This document shows, piece after piece, positions 61,117-64,000 of a DNA stretch of 64,000 nucleotides; the first letter of the stretch is position 1, and every line of letters begins with the position of its first letter. A program made the position numbers and the translations under genes. The notes beneath the pieces are model-generated. The model worked only from the letters and a program-made list of their open reading frames with translations, made no database searches and was not told where the DNA came from. This stretch comes from a virus (Duplodnaviria; Caudoviricetes): the IMG/VR virus record IMGVR_UViG_3300028591_000072, positions 1 through 64,000 of that record; one strand, 5' to 3'.

Positions 61117-61872
61117 TTAATCAAAATTTTTATATGTTCCGTTACTATTAAACAAATGTTTTGCAAAAGATTTATTATTATCTTCTTCTATTGTTTTATA
61201 ATTTCCATCAGCATCAATATATACATCGCCTTTTTTACTTGCGTAAAAATAATACATTTGTAGCATTAACGGATTTATTTCACCTTTATATGATATATAT
61301 GCATATCCGAAAAATATTGGGCCTGTTCTAGTTATTATCCAATCTTCCATGGCGTTTTTTTCATATTTATCAATTAAGCAATCAAGGCAAAATTTTAAAA
61401 ATGGATGTTTCTTTTTTGCAGCAAAAAAACAATTTGATATTGATGGATAATAATAATCAGTTGAGTTGCAAAAGATAAAATCAGCGTCAACATGTGACAA
61501 TTCAGAAAGCCCCCTATACACCTCGAAATCGGCATCAAAATAATATCCACCATACAAATATACGATATATAATCTTATAACATCAACATAAGCAGCGATT
61601 TCTTTCATTGATTCAGCAACTTCGAATATTTTTTTCCCATAATCATCAACAGATTCTTTAAGGAGTTGTATATTTTCATCACGCCATCCATAGATAGTCC
61701 AATCAAGTCCACTATAAGAAACCCAATCAAATATTTCTTTGTGGTAACATTCAGGAGGGTTTTCTCCTTTCCATATTACATGAATGTTTTTTTCAATTTC
61801 ATTTTTTTCAATTTCATTTAAATTTTCAGTTTCTCTTATTTTATATCTGTTTTTATTTCCTTGATATTTCAT
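61117..61872 (-). CDS. GT32/Och1-like DXD glycosyltransferase
   Basis: IHVIW, D.IRL..VY.YGG.Y.DAD, TGP. Confidence 0.85.
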   Translation of the reverse strand: MKYQGNKNRYKIRETENLNEIEKNEIEKNIHVIWKGENPPECYHKEIFDWVSYSGLDWTIYGWRDENIQLLKESVDDYGKKIFEVAESMKEIAAYVDVIRLYIVYLYGGYYFDADFEVYRGLSELSHVDADFIFCNSTDYYYPSISNCFFAAKKKHPFLKFCLDCLIDKYEKNAMEDWIITRTGPIFFGYAYISYKGEINPLMLQMYYFYASKKGDVYIDADGNYKTIEEDNNKSFAKHLFNSNGTYKNFD

Positions 61873-62073
61873 TATATAGCATTTTTTTTATTTAAATATA
61901 CAAAAAATATTTTTTTTTCAAAAGTTAATAATACTTATATTCATAAAAACATTTAGTATAGTGAGCCTATTTGATGTATGTTACCGAGGGCCGTTTACTC
62001 AAATAGTTTTCAGCGGGCATATGTCCCGCTTTTTTTATACCATAAACTATTTATACTTAAAGATTAAAATACA

Positions 62074-63000
62074 ATGGTTCCTGATTTAAATTGGATGAAA
62101 ACAAATTTTGAAGCCTTCAACAACAAATATTTTGAAGGGAAAATACCCATGCCAAGATTTAGTTATAATTGTCCTCCAGATTGTTTTGGACTTTATAACG
62201 CAGATGCACTATGTAATACATTTGGAACCAAAATCACAAAAATTAATAGTGCAGGCGAAATGTGCTTTACTAAAAAATATTCAAGAAAAGAGTTTGATGT
62301 ACAAACGACTTTGCTACATGAAATGATACATATGTACTGTGTAATGGTATTATGGCAAATGCCAACTCACGGAAGAACATTTCAATCAATAGCAAATAGA
62401 ATAAACGGAGACGGATGGAAAATCGCAGAACAAAATAATCTTACAGATGATGATGTACTAATTGATGGTAATGAAATTCCAGACATAAACGATGTTCAGC
62501 AGCAACAGCAAATTCAGAGACCACAATATGAAAACGAAATAAAACAACTGTATTTGAATATACAAAAAGCAGAAAATGCATTATCAAAACTTGAACAAAT
62601 GGCAAATATGAATGAGTGCAAAAGGCTTGTGATATCAGAAAAGCAAGAAAAACAATTAATAAAAGCACTAAGAGAAGAAGGAAACAAAAAACGTTCAATA
62701 GACCCATCAAAAGTTCTTCTATTAAAAAAGAAACTTGATGAAAAATTCATACCACTTGATTATGAAATAATGAAAGGCGGTGATGCCGAATGTATTAAAA
62801 TAGCAGGAAGATTAACACCAAAGACAAAACAAGTAATTGAAAAACTTTACGAGGAAGATTTGGCCGATTGGGCATCCGATGTTTGTAAAAATATGTTTTT
62901 AGACGAAAAAGATTGTGATGATTTTGCTAAACTTGTCGTTAATAGATGGTTAAATAATAAAATAAGTGTACATGGTATGCTTGATGTTAATTTTTATTAA
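62074..63000 (+). CDS. SprT-like metalloprotease
   Basis: FN.KYF.G, TLLHEMIH, HG..F. Confidence 0.8.
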   Translation: MVPDLNWMKTNFEAFNNKYFEGKIPMPRFSYNCPPDCFGLYNADALCNTFGTKITKINSAGEMCFTKKYSRKEFDVQTTLLHEMIHMYCVMVLWQMPTHGRTFQSIANRINGDGWKIAEQNNLTDDDVLIDGNEIPDINDVQQQQQIQRPQYENEIKQLYLNIQKAENALSKLEQMANMNECKRLVISEKQEKQLIKALREEGNKKRSIDPSKVLLLKKKLDEKFIPLDYEIMKGGDAECIKIAGRLTPKTKQVIEKLYEEDLADWASDVCKNMFLDEKDCDDFAKLVVNRWLNNKISVHGMLDVNFY

Positions 63001-63058
63001 AAAAACCGTTTGTAATATAAATAATTGATGGTAATTAACTATTTATATAAAAAAGCAT

Positions 63059-64000
63059 ATGGAAAATAGTATTATAATAGATTATAAAAATGGTTTATCA
63101 AGTATAAAGATATCAAAAAAATATAAAATTTCTAAAAAAAAGGTTCTGAATATTCTAAAAGAAAATAATATACAAACAAGAAAAACAAAAATAGAATTAA
63201 CACCTAGCCAAGAAAATAAAATAATAGAATTATATAGAAATAATGTTGAAAATGATATTATATGCAAAGAATTAAATGTGTGCGAAAGAAAAATTTATGA
63301 AACATTACTTAAATTTAATATTAAAAAGAAATCAAGAAATAAAATAACAGATGAAGAAAAAAATAAAATTTGTTCTGATTTTTTGAAAGGATTAACATTT
63401 AATGAAATTTTAAAAAAATATTCAATAAAAAATGAATGTACAATTTATTCAATTTTAAAAAATGGAGGAATAAAAACTAATAAAATCCCACATAATAAAA
63501 CACCTGAATTAATAAAAAACGAAATAATAAATAAATATATTAATGGTGAGAATATCTGTGAACTTCATGAAAAATATGGATTTGGAACAACAACAATTGC
63601 TAGGTGGATAAAAGAAAAAGGTGTAACAAGGACACTTTCTGACGCATTTACTCTTTCAGCAATAAAAGGAAGGAAACATTTTAGAGGAACGAACTTACCA
63701 TGGTACTCAACTAAAATGGATAAATGGTATGTAGCAGATTCAATTTGGGAGGCTGTCCGAATGGAACAATTAGATAATGACAATTCTGTATGCTTTTGGG
63801 AAAAATCAACAGATAGGATAAAATATAGCGATAAAAACGGAAAACAGCACTATTACATTCCAGATTTTAAAATAATATATACAAATAAAAAAATAGTTGT
63901 TGAAGAAATAAAGCCAAAAATATTAACGAAATTAGAATTAAATATTTTAAAATTTAATGCAGCAAAATTATTTTATAATAATAAAAATATTGAGTATAAA
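63059..64000 (+). CDS. HTH-repeat + TnsA-like PD-(D/E)xK endonuclease (runs off window)
   Basis: open frame from ATG at 63059 (MENSIIIDYKNG...); DS.WE, YYIPDF..VEEIKP. Confidence 0.75.
   Translation, partial: MENSIIIDYKNGLSSIKISKKYKISKKKVLNILKENNIQTRKTKIELTPSQENKIIELYRNNVENDIICKELNVCERKIYETLLKFNIKKKSRNKITDEEKNKICSDFLKGLTFNEILKKYSIKNECTIYSILKNGGIKTNKIPHNKTPELIKNEIINKYINGENICELHEKYGFGTTTIARWIKEKGVTRTLSDAFTLSAIKGRKHFRGTNLPWYSTKMDKWYVADSIWEAVRMEQLDNDNSVCFWEKSTDRIKYSDKNGKQHYYIPDFKIIYTNKKIVVEEIKPKILTKLELNILKFNAAKLFYNNKNIEYK

Overview
AT-rich segment of a very large (jumbo) dsDNA phage, most likely infecting a Bacteroidota host (no Shine-Dalgarno sites, A-rich start contexts, TTTG..TAnnTTT-like promoters). 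Long genes read in standard code 11. Layout: 0.6-14.2 kb, + strand accessory genes (SLOG, Nudix, DUF262, modular repeat proteins). 14.2-15.2 kb, non-coding convergence zone with iteron-like repeats and a miniature TnpB-family element. 15-37 kb, - strand run of ~50 small genes, a phage sigma70-family gene and 7 tRNAs (two Ile-UAU). 38.9-64 kb, SprT proteases, proteins with an 'INE..IV.E' motif, amidase, Hsp20, TnpB, infA, AAA ATPase, intein-containing UvrD helicase and a GT32 glycosyltransferase. Main highlight: a minimal, chimeric phage CRISPR-Cas locus (cas6-cas7-cas5-array-cas3, 41.5-48.5 kb). Its Cas7/Cas5 resemble the Cas8-less I-F2 (I-Fv) Cascade, but it has a canonical G-loop Cas6, an unfused Cas3, no cas1/cas2/cas8, and a 36-bp repeat/30-bp spacer array with type II-C-like ends; an R-M-like gene pair lies directly upstream. 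Second highlight: ~45-50 copies of a sigma54-type -24/-12 motif (TGGCAC-N5-TTG) heading nearly every early gene, interspersed with a recurring palindrome TACGCAATTGCGTA. All family calls are motif recognition by eye or from memory; no searches were run.
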